Of a DNA stretch of 64,000 bases, positions 58,352-64,000 are shown in pieces; positions within the stretch are counted from its first letter, which is position 1, and the number at the start of each line of letters is the position of its first letter. The translations under genes and the position numbers were made by a program. The notes beneath the pieces were generated by a model. It saw only the letters and a list, made by a program, of their open reading frames with translations, was not told the DNA's origin and did no database searches. The DNA is from Phaeosaccion multiseriatum (Eukaryota > Protista > Ochrophyta, other classes): assembly GCA_965112735.1 (NCBI GenBank), contig OZ218950.1:4836001-4900000 (forward strand), in the 5' to 3' direction.

Positions 58352-59346
58352 GTGGAGCGGAGGAGTGAGCAGTGACCATACCGTGACTGTGCAGTGAGTG
58401 AAGCGCGCTCTCTACGTACATCATGTTACGCACGAAGCTCTGTCTGTAGAAACTTTCGCCGCGACTCTTTTCTCGTCAGCAGCGGGTTCTCTTTTTTATC
58501 TATATCCTCTATACCCTCTACCGTTTGCGTGGGAAGGAGGCCAGCAGGGGTCGAAAGGGAGAAGGGCTCCGTTTCAGACAGACAAATAAATAATGCAGTC
58601 AGTTTGATGATGCCGCGGTGTGAAGACGTGAGCCTGAAAGTCAGGTGCATGGGGCTGAACACGCACAGGCCCACACGGAAATGTAGTGGCGGAAGAAAAA
58701 GAGGGAAGAAGAAGCGCATTGCCTACGCCAGCCATTGACTTACTCAGTGTGCTACTCATGTGCACACCACATACGGGGGGGGAGAGAACAGCCCTGTCCA
58801 GCCTGTCCAGGCACTCCAGAGGGCCCTGTCCAGCCTGTCCGGGCAGTCCAGAGCATAGGGGCCGCTGATATTGAGGTTTGAGGGGGTAAGTGGGGCGTTC
58901 GTTGCCTTGGATGTTGGTTGGTCAGAGGCGTCAGAGAATGAGGGGATGGCATGGCCCGGGCAGCGGGTCCGGCTTACCATAAAAACACACATACACACAC
59001 ACACACGGTGGTGAAACGCCTACCGTTACGCACCGTACAAGGAAACCACGAAAGGGGGAAGGCAGGGACTCGGAACATAACACGAAAGAAGCCCCCTCAC
59101 CCTCTTGATACTCTTGTAAACGGGGGAAGGAAGAGGGGACAAGAAGCAAGTCTTCGGAGCAGAGCTGCGCGTTGTTATTCTTTAGTCGACATGTGTGACC
59201 TCCCTGCCCGCAAAGGGCCCCCCGCCCTTTCTTGACGACAAAATGTCCACGGACACACTTCCGGCTACCCACACTCAACACTCCCCTCCATGCCGCGTGC
59301 AGTGCAGGCATCCACATCCCCGCGAAACCATCTACAAGGACAATAT

Positions 59347-62037
<2,691 letters not shown>

Positions 62038-62333
62038 GGCTGCCCGTCTCCCTGCAACGCTGGCTCTGGCCCACCAAAACCCGCCGCCCCCCTGGAGATT
62101 TGCCGATTTGCCAGCCTGTTGCTGGCGTATGTGAAATGTCGAAAGCACCTGCCTAACTGTTGAGCTCGAGATGAAAGCGGATGGAGGGCGTCGCACTGCG
62201 GGAGAGTTGAATGTTGACGCAATCGGGGTGGGCACGAGTGAGCCCAGCCTTTGTGCATCTTTGCATCAGTAGCGTCCAACCGACGTGGACAAGAGTGCGA
62301 AGAGTGGGAAGTTGGACGGAATCGCGGAGGGAG

Positions 62334-63880
62334 ATGGTGGCATCCGCAAATGTGGACGCCGAACCGACAGGGGAAGTTGATGAGGCGTCCTGGCGAACAC
62401 CGCCGACACAGCCAGAGCCTATCTTCTTCTCTCACGACGGCGGCATTGACGACCTCGTCACGCTGTGCCTCGTTTGCCAGGGCGTCCGGGCAAAGCGCTT
62501 CCGCCTCCTTGGAGTCAGCGTCACCGCGGCTGACTCGATCATGCAGCCTGCTTTGCGTAGCACCAGGAAAATCCTCGATGTTTGTGAGCCTTCCACTTGC
62601 TCGTCCTTCTCCGTCTCGGTGTGTGACGCGGAGGGCGTCCACCCCTTCCCCGACGAGTGGAGGGCGGCTTCCTACAGATCGTGCCATTTGCCAGCCCTGC
62701 TGAGGGACGGACCGGCGCGCACCAAACTAGATGCGGACCGGCCTGCCCACTTGTGCCTGCTTGATGCCATCAAAGGATCCCCTCAGCCTATCACAGTGAG
62801 TAGAGAGGAGAGGGGCGGGGCACGGGGGGGGGGGGGGGTTGCAGCGCTCTCTTCGCACCTTTGACGCACTCATTCCCCCCACTCCCCTCGGACAATGGGG
62901 GGATGGGTCACCAGGGCGACCGAGCGCCTTCTGTTCAATCTCGCTGGTGTATCGTTAACCCATATGTGAACCATCAACCAACCACCACCCCTCTCCAGAT
63001 CCTAGAGACTGGGCCACTGACATGTGTGGCGCGGATGCTGGAGGTGTGCTCCCCGGAGACGCGGCTGAACATTAAACAAATCGTCTGGATGGGCGGCGCA
63101 ATCGATGTTGAAGGTAATGTCCGGGGCCAGAACGTCAACAGCGGCAGCAGCAGCAGCAGCAGCAGTAGCAGCAGTAGTAGTAGCAGCAGGGTGAAGCACG
63201 ACGGTAGCGCAGAGTGGAATAGCTTCTGGGACCCCGTATCGGCCAGCGCAGTGCTCCATTCAGGGGTCCCAGTAACCCTTTGCCCGCTGGACGTGACCCG
63301 CCTTGCCCCCATCACCACCTCCTTCCTCACCCGCCTCGCGACTGCGGAACCTTGCGCTGTCGGAAGCGCGACGTGCCTCGTGGGGGAAGGAAAGGACGGC
63401 ATAGGTGGCTGCCAGGGGGAAGGAAAGGACGGCATAGGTGGCTACCAGGGGGAAGGAAAGGACGGCATAGGTGGCTGCCAGGGGGAAGGAAAGGACGGCA
63501 TGACTGGCTGCCAGGGGGATGGAAAGGACGGTATAGAGCAAGAGCAAGAGCAAGAGCAAGAGCCAGTGGCGCCGCTGGCAGACCTGGTGTGTCAGATGTA
63601 TGCCACCGGGCAGGAGAGCATAGAGGAGGACGCAAGTAAGGAGCCTGGTGGGGATGGTGGGGGGGTGTGCGCGTGGGACTTGTTGACAGCGAGTTACTTG
63701 CTTTGGCCCGACCTCTTCACTTGCACGGAGGCAGGAGTCGCGATCGTTCGAGCTGGCGAGAGCGCCGGGCGGACAGAGAGAAGGAGCCTTGCGGACGGGG
63801 GTGTGGCGGTGTCCGTGCTGTCGGGCCTCGACAAGGAGGGGTGGGAGGGAAGAGTGGTGGCTGCTCTGGCGGAGGGCTGA
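62334..63880 (+). CDS. Nucleoside hydrolase, IAG (purine-preferring) type
   Basis: Exons 62334-62795 (alternative in-frame ATG at 62211) and 62999-63880. Motifs HDGGIDD, HPFPDEWR, TGPLT, WMGGAIDVEGNV, DGSAEWNSFWDP, PLDVT, AWDLLTASY, GESAGRT. Confidence 0.9.
63385..63562 (+). repeat. Coding 33-bp repeat (GEGKDGIGGCQ x4.5) plus (EQ)5 inserted in the nucleoside hydrolase
   Basis: In-frame tandem units GGGGAAGGAAAGGACGGCATAGGTGGCTGCCAG. Confidence 0.85.
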
Positions 63881-64000
63881 GAGGAGAGGACCGATTGCGA
63901 GCGAGCAGTCGAGGTGCGTGCTGTGTATGCATAGATTGATGGTGAAGAGGAGGAGAGGACAAGCCGGTGGGTGGTGTAAGTACAGTAGTATTAAAAAAAT

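Noticed and set aside
58605-58637. TGATGA...CTGA pair resembling C/D boxes
   Set aside because: Spans only ~33 nt, too short for a box C/D snoRNA, and has no terminal stem.

Overview
Eukaryotic nuclear DNA, most likely from a photosynthetic stramenopile (ochrophyte alga), because one gene carries a signal peptide followed by the ASAFAP plastid-targeting motif. Most long ORFs in the supplied track are artefacts of intronic microsatellites. Splicing GT-AG exons by hand gives 14 protein-coding genes in this order: EGF/furin-like + Calx-beta surface protein (-, runs off the window), EF-hand coiled-coil protein (+), plastid-targeted unknown (-), UBA-like low-complexity protein (+), SMU1 (-), AATF/Bfr2 (+), UBE2W (-, absent from the ORF track), AVL9-type DENN + MORN protein (+), LRR/Sfi1-like coiled-coil protein (-), coiled-coil unknown (+), adenylate kinase (-), ARPC5 (+), ubiquitin-eL40 (-) and an IAG-type nucleoside hydrolase (+). 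The most notable observations are: (1) all 14 genes alternate strand, forming seven head-to-head pairs; (2) ARPC5 has a ~175-aa N-terminal polyproline arm resembling WASP/formin FH1 regions; (3) the 15-mer CAGTTGGTGATACAG recurs about 11 times in exons, introns and one splice acceptor; (4) several introns have mutually complementary microsatellites at their two ends, and others contain tandemly amplified donor-site sequences; (5) a 43-bp minisatellite has a dispersed inverted relative; (6) ubiquitin-eL40 has its stop codon on a separate exon and a strand-specific hairpin in an intron. All exon coordinates are manual predictions without RNA support.
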